From Chloroflexota bacterium (GTDB lineage Bacteria > Chloroflexota > Dehalococcoidia > Lucifugimonadales > Australimonadaceae), in assembly GCA_027618515.1 (NCBI GenBank), contig JAQCEV010000002.1, positions 17,029 through 81,028 of the forward strand: 64,000 bases of DNA, read 5' to 3'. Below are positions 44,084-52,893 of the stretch, piece by piece. A model generated the notes under the pieces. It made no database searches and was not told the DNA's origin. It saw only the letters and a program-made list of their open reading frames with translations. The translations under genes and the position numbers were made by a program. Each line of letters opens with the position of its first letter. Positions within the stretch are counted from its first letter, which is position 1.

Positions 44084-45274
44084 ATGGCGAAGCAGACCGT
44101 GAGAGACATCGACTGGGCGGGCAAGCGTGCTCTGGTGCGCGTAGATTTCAACGTTCCGTTCGAGCGTGGCACGAACCACATCTCGGACGACATCCGCATC
44201 AGAGAGGCCATCCCGACGATCAATCACCTCCGCGAGGCCGGTGCCAGCGTCGTGCTTTGCACGCACCTCGGTCGCCCCGGAGGCAAGCCCGACGCTGAGC
44301 TTCAGCTTGCGCCCATCGCCGAACGACTCGCGTCGCTACTCGCAACGACCGTCGACTACGTGCACGACGCTCCTGGTGATGATGCGCTGGCTAAGGCGAA
44401 CGCGTTGCAGGCATGGCAGGTGCTGCTCGTCGAAAACATCCGATTCTGGGAAGGCGAAGAGGCGAACGATCCTGCGTTCGCGCAAGCCATCGGTAGGTTG
44501 GGTGATGTTTACGTCAACGACGCCTTCGGTACTGCGCACCGCGCCCACGCCTCCACAGAAGGGGTCGCCCATGTGCTACCGGGCGTAGCAGGGCTGCTCA
44601 TGGAGAAAGAGATCACGTTCCTCGGGGGTGTGCTTCAGGAGCCGAGGCGTCCTCTGGCGGCACTACTGGGCGGTGCAAAGGTCAGCGACAAGATCAAGGT
44701 GCTTGAGCGCCTCATCGACCACGCAGACGCGTTGTTCGTCGGCGGTGGTATGGCCGCAACGTTCTTGAAAGCCAAGGGGCTCGGCATCGGCAAGTCGTTG
44801 TTGGAGCCAGACCTGGTGGACTTCTGTGCTGACGTTTTGATCCGCTGCGAGGCCGCAGGAACCACGCTTACATTGCCCACCGATGTGGTCATCGCACAAA
44901 CGCTGGAGGCGGATGTCCCCACCCGCACCGTCGCGGCTGATGCCGTGCCAGACGACTGGATGATCCTAGACATCGGCCCCGAATCGGCTGATCTGTTCGC
45001 TAAACAACTGAGCGCCATGGGCACGGTCGTCTGGAATGGACCGATGGGCGTTTTCGAGGTTCCACCGTTCCACACGGGAACTCGCATCGTCGCTGAGGGC
45101 CTAGCCGCTGGCACCGCAGTCACCGTCATCGGGGGAGGGTCGACCGCAGAAGCGGTCGACGCGCTGGGGCTAGCCGACGAGATGACCCACATATCCACCG
45201 GTGGTGGTGCGTCGCTGGAGTTTTTGGAAGGCAAGGTTCTCCCGGGTGTCGCCGCACTGCAGGACAAGCCGTGA
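44084..45274 (+). CDS. pgk: Phosphoglycerate kinase
   Basis: 396 aa carrying RVDFNVP, THLGRP, NDAFGTAHRAHAST, GGAKVSDKI and ISTGGGASLEFLEGK motifs. Confidence 0.95.
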   Translation: MAKQTVRDIDWAGKRALVRVDFNVPFERGTNHISDDIRIREAIPTINHLREAGASVVLCTHLGRPGGKPDAELQLAPIAERLASLLATTVDYVHDAPGDDALAKANALQAWQVLLVENIRFWEGEEANDPAFAQAIGRLGDVYVNDAFGTAHRAHASTEGVAHVLPGVAGLLMEKEITFLGGVLQEPRRPLAALLGGAKVSDKIKVLERLIDHADALFVGGGMAATFLKAKGLGIGKSLLEPDLVDFCADVLIRCEAAGTTLTLPTDVVIAQTLEADVPTRTVAADAVPDDWMILDIGPESADLFAKQLSAMGTVVWNGPMGVFEVPPFHTGTRIVAEGLAAGTAVTVIGGGSTAEAVDALGLADEMTHISTGGGASLEFLEGKVLPGVAALQDKP

Positions 45275-46479
45275 TCGATTCCCCCATCATGCCCGGAATC
45301 GTTCGGAAGAACGACCGGAAGATCGTCATGGTGGTGCTCGGTGGCATCGGCAGCGCGGCTGATCCCGTGTTGGGGCGGACCGCGCTAGAAGCAGCACGCG
45401 TCCCGAATCTCGACCACATCGCTCGCCAGAGTTCCGGAGGGCTCGTTATCCCCGTTGCGCCCGGCATCTCGCCAGGAAGCGCAACCGGTAACCTAGCTCT
45501 CCTAGGCTACGACCCGCTCACCTATCTGTTTGGCCGCGGTGCGCTGGAGGCATTAGGGGCAGGATTAGCCGTGGAGGTTGGTGACATCGCCGTCCGTGGC
45601 AACCTCGCAATGGTTGACGGCAAAGGGGTCGTTACCGACCGACGTGCGGACGGGATACCCACAGCAGCGGCCGCTCCCCTCGTCGAAAAGCTGAAGACGA
45701 TCAAGGTCAAAGGAGTCGAGGTCGAGGTCGCGCAAAGCGCTGGCCATCGGTTCGTGTTGCGCCTGCGAGGGAATGGGCTAAGCGCGGAAGTGACTGACAC
45801 TGATCCACTCAAAGTGGGATTGCCCGTCATCACGTCTTCTGCTACCGGCACGAATGGTGCGCTAACCGCGACGCTGATCAACGATTTCACGGCACAGGCC
45901 AACGCACTGCTAAGCGACGAGCCTGTAGCGAACGCTGTGCTTCTGCGCGGGGCGACCGGTAAGCCCGATCTCAAATCGTTCAACGAGTCATACCAGTTGA
46001 GCGCTGCAGGTATCTCCTCGTTCCCCCTTCACCTCGGCATCGCAGCGGCGACAGGGATGGCCGTTTATCCAGTAGAGCACACCTTCGCCGCGCACTTGGC
46101 TGCCGTGCGTGAACATTGGGACGAACACGATTTCTTCTGGATCCACTATCAGGAGCCGACATCGACTGCAGGCGTAGGCGATTTCAACGAGAAGAGACGT
46201 GCGCTCGAGAAGGTTGACGTGCATGTTCGTGAACTGCTCGACCTGAACCCCGATGTGCTGGTAGTGGCAGGCGACATGGCTAACCCCACGGGCCACGATG
46301 GCCACTCCTGGCACGCTGTACCGTTCGTGATACGCTCAGCCGGTACGCTCGGGGACAGCGGTGTTGAACGCTTCAACAAGCGGGATCTACGGGCCGGGTC
46401 GTTGGGGCAGTTCGAAGCCAAGCACGCGATGATGCTGACCCTTGCCCACGCAGGAAAACTCAGACAATTTGGGGCTTGA
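45271..46479 (+). CDS. Archaeal-type cofactor-independent phosphoglycerate mutase (ApgM)-like protein with substituted metal-ligand positions
   Basis: It is collinear with the ApgM family (..PNLDHIA..G..G.......G..PGS..G.LALLGYDP; ...GD.ANP.GHDGHS.H.VPF). However it reads LGGIGS for LDGLGD, GSATGN for GSDTAH, EPTSTAGVGD for APDEAGHEGD, and GDMANP for GDHSTP. The GTG start overlaps the pgk stop (GTGA). Confidence 0.6.
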   Translation: MIDSPIMPGIVRKNDRKIVMVVLGGIGSAADPVLGRTALEAARVPNLDHIARQSSGGLVIPVAPGISPGSATGNLALLGYDPLTYLFGRGALEALGAGLAVEVGDIAVRGNLAMVDGKGVVTDRRADGIPTAAAAPLVEKLKTIKVKGVEVEVAQSAGHRFVLRLRGNGLSAEVTDTDPLKVGLPVITSSATGTNGALTATLINDFTAQANALLSDEPVANAVLLRGATGKPDLKSFNESYQLSAAGISSFPLHLGIAAATGMAVYPVEHTFAAHLAAVREHWDEHDFFWIHYQEPTSTAGVGDFNEKRRALEKVDVHVRELLDLNPDVLVVAGDMANPTGHDGHSWHAVPFVIRSAGTLGDSGVERFNKRDLRAGSLGQFEAKHAMMLTLAHAGKLRQFGA

Positions 46480-46482
46480 TCC

Positions 46483-47244
46483 ATGGCGAAACCTTTCGTA
46501 GCTGGTAACTGGAAGATGAACACCTCCATCTCGGAGGCGATCAAGCTCGCAAGAGCGTTGCGCCCGGCGCTATCGGGGATCGACGGAGTGACGCGGGTCA
46601 TCTGCCCTCCGTTCATCTCGTTGGCCGGCGTATCTGCGGAGTTCGTTGGCTCAGATATCAAGGTCGGCGCGCAGAACATGCACTCCGAACCGAAAGGCGC
46701 CTTCACTGGAGAGATCGCCGGGGCCATGCTCAAGGACGTCTGCGACTACGTGATCCTCGGTCACTCCGAGCGACGCCAGCTTCTGGGTGAGCAAGATGAT
46801 TTCATCAACGCCAAGGTTCGCGCTGCGTTGGAGATCGGCCTAACACCGATTCTGTGCGTGGGTGAAACGCTAGATCAGCGGGAGGCGGGCAACGCCGGAA
46901 CCGTGGTTGAGGGACAACTCCAGGGTGGACTCCGTGATGTCAGCGCTGAGGACATCGGCCGTTCAGTGGTGGCCTATGAGCCTGTATGGGCTATCGGCAC
47001 TGGACGGGCAGCGACCCCGGAGATGGCGCAGGAGATGATGGGGCTTATCCGGTACGAAGTCGCGCGCTTATCGCACATCGAGATCGCCGGTAACGTGCCG
47101 CTTCTGTACGGCGGTAGCGTTAATGCGGAGAATGCTGCCGAGCTCGCGGAACAGCGAGACCTCGACGGCGCTCTCGTCGGCGGTGCAAGCCTCAAGGCCG
47201 ACGATTTCGCCGCGATCGCCAAAGCCTTCGCCACGCGCGCCTAG
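46483..47244 (+). CDS. tpiA: Triosephosphate isomerase
   Basis: It carries VAGNWKMN, GAQN......GAFTGE, ILGHSERR, CVGE and AYEPVWAIGTG motifs. Confidence 0.95.
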   Translation: MAKPFVAGNWKMNTSISEAIKLARALRPALSGIDGVTRVICPPFISLAGVSAEFVGSDIKVGAQNMHSEPKGAFTGEIAGAMLKDVCDYVILGHSERRQLLGEQDDFINAKVRAALEIGLTPILCVGETLDQREAGNAGTVVEGQLQGGLRDVSAEDIGRSVVAYEPVWAIGTGRAATPEMAQEMMGLIRYEVARLSHIEIAGNVPLLYGGSVNAENAAELAEQRDLDGALVGGASLKADDFAAIAKAFATRA

Positions 47245-47257
47245 CTCGACACCACGG

Positions 47258-48193
47258 ATGAGCGCTCCTAGCAAGCCCGTCGTGCTATTCGTCGTCGGCC
47301 CAACGGCGTCGGGCAAGACAGACGCCGCATTGGCGATCGTCGACGCATTGCGGGGATGCGGTCGTCCTGCGGAGATCGTCAACGCAGACTCACGCCAGGT
47401 CTACCGGGGCATGTCCATTGGCACCGCCAAGCCCTCGTCAGACGAACTAGCGCGCGCTCCACACCACCTGGTCGACGTAGTTGACCCGTCCGACGGATTC
47501 AGCCTCGCGGAGTTCCTACGCCTCGCTCGTGCCGCCATAGCGGAGATCCTCGCGCGTGGCGCGACGCCGATCGTCGTGGGGGGCACCGGGCAATACGCGT
47601 GGGGACTCGCTGAAGGCTGGCAGGCGCCTGAGGTGGCGCCGAACCCTGAGATTCGTGCTCGACTGGAAGCCGAGGCCACTGCGTTAGGCGTAGCCGTGCT
47701 CTTTCAGAGGCTGCAAGCCGCAGACCCGGAAGCCGCGACGTTGATGGACTCTCGAAACGTGCGCAGGCTGGTCAGGGCGCTTGAGGTCATCGAGATCACG
47801 GGACGACCGTTCTCAGAGCAGCGCACGAAAGAGGAGCCCCCGTTTGAGTCTCGCATGCTGGCTCTCAGCTTCTCGCGGGCTGACCTCTACGAGCGCATCG
47901 ACGCGCGAGTCGACAGTATGTTGGCCAGTGGCTGGGTTCACGAGGTCGAGTCACTACTCGCGGCTGGCTACACGTCGGACCTGCCTGCGTTTTCGAGCGC
48001 TGGATATCGTGAGGTCGCGCAACTCTTGGCTGGCGTTCTCTCGATGGAGCAAGTGGCAGAGAAGGCGAAGACGGCGACTCACCGCTTGGCACGCTCACAG
48101 GCCAACTGGTTTCGCGCAGGCGATGAGCGAATCTCCTGGCACCGCACCAGCGAGGAGATCGTGCAGGAGGCTGTTCAGGCATGCTGCTCTTGA
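47258..48193 (+). CDS. miaA: tRNA dimethylallyltransferase
   Basis: ORF trimmed to the ATG at 47258. It has the P-loop VVGPTASGKT, plus NADS.QVYRGM.IGTAKP, PHHL.D and VGGTGQY motifs. Confidence 0.9.
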   Translation: MSAPSKPVVLFVVGPTASGKTDAALAIVDALRGCGRPAEIVNADSRQVYRGMSIGTAKPSSDELARAPHHLVDVVDPSDGFSLAEFLRLARAAIAEILARGATPIVVGGTGQYAWGLAEGWQAPEVAPNPEIRARLEAEATALGVAVLFQRLQAADPEAATLMDSRNVRRLVRALEVIEITGRPFSEQRTKEEPPFESRMLALSFSRADLYERIDARVDSMLASGWVHEVESLLAAGYTSDLPAFSSAGYREVAQLLAGVLSMEQVAEKAKTATHRLARSQANWFRAGDERISWHRTSEEIVQEAVQACCS

Positions 48194-48298
48194 CTGTGCC
48201 GAGGCGCTCGTGCACCCTTTCGAATGACTTCCCTGCCTCGCTAAGCCAGCGCAGGGCGCGACCGTCGGCGGACGACGGGAACACAAATCCTGAGGTAG

Positions 48299-48979
48299 GT
48301 GAGCATGGCAGGTTATCTCGATCCCAATGATGAAATGGTTCAGGCGTTCTCAAAGCTAGGCACGACGCCTGTTAGTGACGCTCTAGACCGACTTGGCCTC
48401 GGTGGTCAGGTCTTCGGCGTGAAGCCAGTCGACCGCGATTTCACGCTCTGCGGCCGGGCATTCACGGTGCGCAACGAGCCCATGACAGCGGGTCACAAGG
48501 GCGAGAGCGTCGGTGACTACATCGACGAGGTTCCCGTTGGGGGCGTCGTGGTGATTGACAACGCAGCAAGGTTGGACGCCACGGTCTGGGGAGACATCCT
48601 CACGATCATGGCCGACCGCAACAAGCTGGGCGGAACCGTGATCAACGGAGTGTGCCGGGACTCCCAGCGCGCATTGATCCTCGATTACCCCATCTTTTCG
48701 CGTGGCACGTACATGCGCACCGGCAAGGACCGCGTCCGTGCCGACGCCTACAACGAGCCTGTCTCACTGGGTGAGGTTCGCGTGTTGCCGGGCGACCTGA
48801 TCCTTGGTGACGGGGACGGTATCGTGGTCATCGCCAAGGAGCACGAAGAAGCCGTGCTCAAGGCAGCGCAAGAGATCGACGTGGCCGAAGAGCGTATCCG
48901 CGAAGAGATCGCCAAGGGCGGTCGACTCGACGAGGCCCGCGAGAAGTTCAAGTACCACCAGCTCCAGAGCCGCCAGTAG
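48299..48979 (+). CDS. RraA-family protein / 4-hydroxy-4-methyl-2-oxoglutarate (HMG/CHA) aldolase-like
   Basis: It carries T..VSDALDRLG, GDYIDEV..GGVVVID, VWGDILT......G..G.VING..RD and GD.DG.VVI patterns of the RraA/demethylmenaquinone methyltransferase-like family. Candidate starts are GTG 48299 and ATG 48305. Confidence 0.75.
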   Translation: MSMAGYLDPNDEMVQAFSKLGTTPVSDALDRLGLGGQVFGVKPVDRDFTLCGRAFTVRNEPMTAGHKGESVGDYIDEVPVGGVVVIDNAARLDATVWGDILTIMADRNKLGGTVINGVCRDSQRALILDYPIFSRGTYMRTGKDRVRADAYNEPVSLGEVRVLPGDLILGDGDGIVVIAKEHEEAVLKAAQEIDVAEERIREEIAKGGRLDEAREKFKYHQLQSRQ

Positions 48980-49001
48980 GCTCTGGCCCAAAGTCTGACA
49001 T

Positions 49002-49040
49002 GCAAAAAGGGGTGTTCCATTCGGGGCGCCCTTTTTTGCA
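49002..49040 (+). terminator. Intrinsic-terminator-like hairpin after the RraA-family gene
   Basis: GCAAAAAGGGG...(loop)...CCCTTTTTTGC forms a GC/A-rich stem followed by a T6 tract. Confidence 0.5.
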
Positions 49041-49107
49041 TACCCTACGGCTGAGCGACACTACGAGTGCGCGCCGCTATGGTTAGTCGATACCGGGAAG
49101 GAATCGT

Positions 49108-50505
49108 GTGTTGCGACAGCTGACTCTCCCAAAGGCAATCAGTTGGGGCATCCTCACGCTAGTCATCGTGAGTTTGCTCCTGGGTTTGCCCAATACCATC
49201 AACGTGTTTCGATTCGCCAGCGATAGCGGGCAGATATCGGAATTCGCCTCAGCGGCAGCGATCAGATTGCTGGGGGCGGCCTCCGTTGCGGTTGGATTCG
49301 CCATAACGCTCAAAATGCCTCGCAACGCAGTGGGATGGCTCTTCCTCGCCTCCGGGCTCGGATTCACCGCCTATTCAATGGTCATCGACGGGGCTGTCGT
49401 TGCCGTCATGGTTGACATTCGCGATGATTCCGTGTGGCCGTCGCTCCTCGGTTCCACATCATTCGTATCGATGGGCGCTCTTGTACTGGTGTTGGTGACA
49501 CTTCAGCTGTTTCCAGACGGCCGGCTCCCAAGCGCGAGCAGGACGTGGGTTGGCCTGCTCGCGTTCACGGTGTTCGCGGGTGCGGCCTCCGCGATGGACT
49601 TCGGATCCCGCGAAACCATCGATGTTGCGCTCCTTGGTCATTACCAGAACGGGTGGCAATTTTTCACCCTTAGCGACGGAGCTCAATCTGCTCTACAGGG
49701 AGGGGTTGCAGTGCTATCAGTCGTCGCATTCGCCGCGACAACTACCTCCGTTGTAGTGCGATATAGGCGAGGAACAAGCGAGTTGAAGCAGCAGGTCAAG
49801 TGGGTCGCACTTGCAGCCGGGCTCGTAGCCATCGCTGTCACAATCGATACGCTGTCTCCGCCTCATGCACTGATTACCACTGCGGACGGGCTGGCCGTAG
49901 CGTTGGTACCCATCGCCGCAGGTGTAGCGATCCTCAAATACCGACTCTACGATGTGGACCTCATCATCAGCAGGACGCTGGTGTACGCGCCGCTCACAGC
50001 CACGCTAGCAGGCACCTACACCGCAGCGATCGTGTTCTTCAGGCTCGTCTTCGTCGACGTCTTCGACTTCGACTCTGACGCGGCTGTCGCGACGACAACG
50101 CTAGCGGTAGCGGCGATGTTCGTCCCGGTGAAGAATCGATTCCAGCGTTGGGTCGACCGCTTCTTCAAGGACGATGAGCGTCGCAAGTTGACCGCACTGG
50201 GTGCAGAGCTTTCAAAAGCCGCCGACATGCTGGATGTTCCAACGCTCGTTGCCCGCTTTGAAGCGAGGGTGTCCGCCATGAGCGATGGCCCGGTTCGCGT
50301 CGCTCTGGCCAATGGTGTTGCGGGGGTCGGCATCCTGGACGGTGCCGCGTCGATCCCCATGGTCGTGGGCGGCACTCAAGTCGGCAGAGTAGAAGTTGGG
50401 AGCCCCGTCAATCGGGCGCCACTGAGGGCGACCGAGCTTGCTGCCATCGAGGACGCCGCGCAATCTTTGGCGCGCTTGATCAAGCTGCGCCGGGCGGGTA
50501 TCTAG
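49108..50505 (+). CDS. Polytopic membrane protein resembling the sensor portion of a histidine kinase but lacking a transmitter domain
   Basis: 465 aa with ~8-10 hydrophobic helices, LFPDGRLPS, VVRYRRGTSELKQQVKWVALA and ILKYRLYDVDLIISRTLVY motifs, all typical of N-terminal regions of actinobacterial-type sensor kinases. The C-terminal ~120 aa are soluble with no H-box or ATPase motifs. The start is a GTG. Confidence 0.5.
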   Translation: MLRQLTLPKAISWGILTLVIVSLLLGLPNTINVFRFASDSGQISEFASAAAIRLLGAASVAVGFAITLKMPRNAVGWLFLASGLGFTAYSMVIDGAVVAVMVDIRDDSVWPSLLGSTSFVSMGALVLVLVTLQLFPDGRLPSASRTWVGLLAFTVFAGAASAMDFGSRETIDVALLGHYQNGWQFFTLSDGAQSALQGGVAVLSVVAFAATTTSVVVRYRRGTSELKQQVKWVALAAGLVAIAVTIDTLSPPHALITTADGLAVALVPIAAGVAILKYRLYDVDLIISRTLVYAPLTATLAGTYTAAIVFFRLVFVDVFDFDSDAAVATTTLAVAAMFVPVKNRFQRWVDRFFKDDERRKLTALGAELSKAADMLDVPTLVARFEARVSAMSDGPVRVALANGVAGVGILDGAASIPMVVGGTQVGRVEVGSPVNRAPLRATELAAIEDAAQSLARLIKLRRAGI

Positions 50506-51254
50506 CCGCCTAGCAACGAGGTCAAGTCTCCTGGTCCCTCGGGAGTCGACGCCCCGTAGGTAGTTCGCATATGCGCTTCGAAACGCTCATCGGCCAAGAA
50601 TGGAACCAAGAAGTTGCCCGGCGGCAATATAACGGCGATGGGTTCATCCACCTCGGCGTCGCCTGCATACATGATCTCTTCAGGCAGCCAGCCGCGACGC
50701 TCTATGAACTCCCGCCGGAAATCTCCCGACTTATCGTCCCGGTACTTGGCGGTGAACCCGATAGCTCTACCGTCCGCGTTCTCCAAGGTGTTCGAGACGA
50801 TGTCGTCGATGTCCACGTTCGCGGCCTTCAAGATCGCACGTATGCCTCCGTCGAATGCAGCCGAGAAGATCGTCAGCGTGGCTCCGCTGTCCCGTGCTGC
50901 CAGCGCGGGCACAAGTAAGCGTTGGTCTATGAGGTGCGCGTGCTCGCGCCCATGCGCGGGGGCCACGCGCTCAACCAGATGGATGGGAGCTCCTTCGAGC
51001 ATGTCGTGGTTGAACGGCTCGTACAAGCTAGCGATTCCAATCTCTCCCGAGTAGAAGCGCTTCTTCGCCCGGCTAAGTGCCACCCGTCCTCGAGCGAATC
51101 GAGCGAATGCGCCCACGCGGTCGATACGACCACTGAGAATCGCCTTGAAATGCCCCTTGAGAATCGCTACAGCGATCCGGCGCATGACAGAGGTGTCGTC
51201 GACCATGTCGCACAACCTGCCGTTCCAGTCGAGGACAACGTGCTTGATAGCCAT
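50502..51254 (-). CDS. HAD-superfamily-like hydrolase (subfamily IB-like), atypical motif I
   Basis: ORF trimmed to the ATG at 51254. Motif I reads VVLDWNGRL (DxN instead of DxD). Later ...TIFSAAF.. and YAGDAEVDEP resemble HAD motifs II-IV. It lies 5 nt downstream of the LigB-like gene. Confidence 0.45.
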   Translation of the reverse strand: MAIKHVVLDWNGRLCDMVDDTSVMRRIAVAILKGHFKAILSGRIDRVGAFARFARGRVALSRAKKRFYSGEIGIASLYEPFNHDMLEGAPIHLVERVAPAHGREHAHLIDQRLLVPALAARDSGATLTIFSAAFDGGIRAILKAANVDIDDIVSNTLENADGRAIGFTAKYRDDKSGDFRREFIERRGWLPEEIMYAGDAEVDEPIAVILPPGNFLVPFLADERFEAHMRTTYGASTPEGPGDLTSLLGG

Positions 51255-51259
51255 TCTTG

Positions 51260-52255
51260 CTACAAAACCTCGCAGTACGCGAAAGCATTGCCGGCGGGCG
51301 ACGCGAAGACCGGCACATAATCCACGATGGTCGTCGGGCGTCCCTCGCTGACTGCGGCGGCCGCCACCCACGCACACGTCTCGCGCGTGCCTAGCGCTGG
51401 ACCACCAGGCGACGGCATCCCCGTGATCGCGCGAGCCTTCAGGCTCGTGTCCTGGCTCGTGTCGTCGTCAGGGATCACGTAATTGTCGAAGTACTCGGCC
51501 ATTCCCCTGGCGTCCCCATGCTTCAGCATATCGAGCATCGTCTCATCGAACTCCGTGTTCAGCCATGCCCCAGGCATCCCCGGCGTGTGCCAGAGCCCAC
51601 CAGACGCCGCAACCGCGACCCGCAGATCCCCGGGGAATGCGTCGATAGCCTCGCGCACAGCCTTCCCGAACTGGTAACACCGCATCGCCGTGGGCTGCGG
51701 TGCGAAGTAAAGATTCATCATTATCGGAACGATGGGCAGCGTGAAATCGGTCAGTTCCTCGGCTGTCCGAACAACGCCGCCAGCAAGCCCACGATCTTCT
51801 TTGGGCATGTCCATGCAGAACGCGGGGTCGAAGCCCCGCTGCATCACGCCTGACAGCAACGACACCGCCAACTCGCGGTGTCCGTTGAACCAAGCGCCCC
51901 CCTCGGCATTTCGACCAACCCGGTTCTGGTAGAGCTCACGCCCAGGGTGCGGCCACCCCTTGCGGAAGCGATCGCCTACGAAGATGGCGAACGCTGGGTA
52001 GTTATTGAAATCGAAACACTCAAGCTGGTCATCGCTGAACACGACCAGAACATCGGCCTTGACCTCGGTGAGCTTCTCGCGGAGCACGCGGAAGCTGTCG
52101 TGGATACGAGCGCCCTTGGCGAGGTTCGTCTCCTGGTCATCGATCTGCACGTCACTGCGGATGGGCCTGTTGGCGCGCACCTCTTCCCACCTGGCGGGAT
52201 CCAGCGAGGTGGTGCCCCCGTGAGAGTGGAAGAAAGTACCAACGAGCTTGGCCAT
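51260..52255 (-). CDS. LigB-family (class III) extradiol dioxygenase (protocatechuate 4,5- / gallate dioxygenase-like)
   Basis: 331 aa. It carries GTFFHSHGG, ADVLVVFSDDQLECF, RVAVAASGGLWHTPG and C-terminal DYVPVFASPAGNAFAY motifs, consistent with the catalytic LigB subunit family. Confidence 0.7.
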   Translation of the reverse strand: MAKLVGTFFHSHGGTTSLDPARWEEVRANRPIRSDVQIDDQETNLAKGARIHDSFRVLREKLTEVKADVLVVFSDDQLECFDFNNYPAFAIFVGDRFRKGWPHPGRELYQNRVGRNAEGGAWFNGHRELAVSLLSGVMQRGFDPAFCMDMPKEDRGLAGGVVRTAEELTDFTLPIVPIMMNLYFAPQPTAMRCYQFGKAVREAIDAFPGDLRVAVAASGGLWHTPGMPGAWLNTEFDETMLDMLKHGDARGMAEYFDNYVIPDDDTSQDTSLKARAITGMPSPGGPALGTRETCAWVAAAAVSEGRPTTIVDYVPVFASPAGNAFAYCEVL

Positions 52256-52512
52256 GCGTTCTCTTCTCCAGTGCGTGCAGCGTGCGCCCGCGCAGCGTGA
52301 GCCATTGATAGCCGAGCGACGGCGTTAGCGCAAGCGAAGCCCCTGTCTCGCTGGTGTGAGCGTGTCCGCGCACCCAATCGTTATCCCGCGATCACGTACC
52401 AAATGATTTGTAGATTGGGTGTGCGCACCGATGCCACGCGCCGACGACTGTCCGACGATGTGAATGTCCGGCCCGCTTCCCCGAATCCGAGCACCTGACA
52501 AGTGAGGTCCAG

Positions 52513-52878
52513 TTGATGAACAACGCACCTACCACCGAACGATTCGTTCAAGCCGTTCCCATTGATGTCAGCAACCTGGAGGCGGCAACCGCCTTCTGGA
52601 CCGCTGTTACTGGAGGCACCTTCGAGGCGTCCCTCAACTCTAATTGCCGAGAATCGGTACTCCGGTGCGGAACCTATCTCATGTTGCGCCAAGTCTCAGA
52701 GGAAGCCCCTGCCAAGAAGCCGGTACACGTAGACATCCCTGTCCCCAACGTTAGTCATGCGCTTAATAGTGTCCGTTCGCTAGGTGGGCACAAGGTCGGC
52801 AGAAGCACGTGTGGTGAACATGACCGTGTGTTCTGCCTCGACCCAGACGGCAACGACTTCTGCCTAGTGGCTGCCTAG
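52513..52878 (+). CDS. Small VOC/glyoxalase-like protein (weak call)
   Basis: 121 aa. ...PIDVSNLEAATAFWTAVTGG.F and ...FCLDPDGNDFCLV resemble the first and last beta-strands of VOC proteins. Candidate starts are TTG 52513 and ATG 52516, after GTGAGGT. Confidence 0.45.
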   Translation: MMNNAPTTERFVQAVPIDVSNLEAATAFWTAVTGGTFEASLNSNCRESVLRCGTYLMLRQVSEEAPAKKPVHVDIPVPNVSHALNSVRSLGGHKVGRSTCGEHDRVFCLDPDGNDFCLVAA

Positions 52879-52893
52879 GATTCCCCCGTTATC

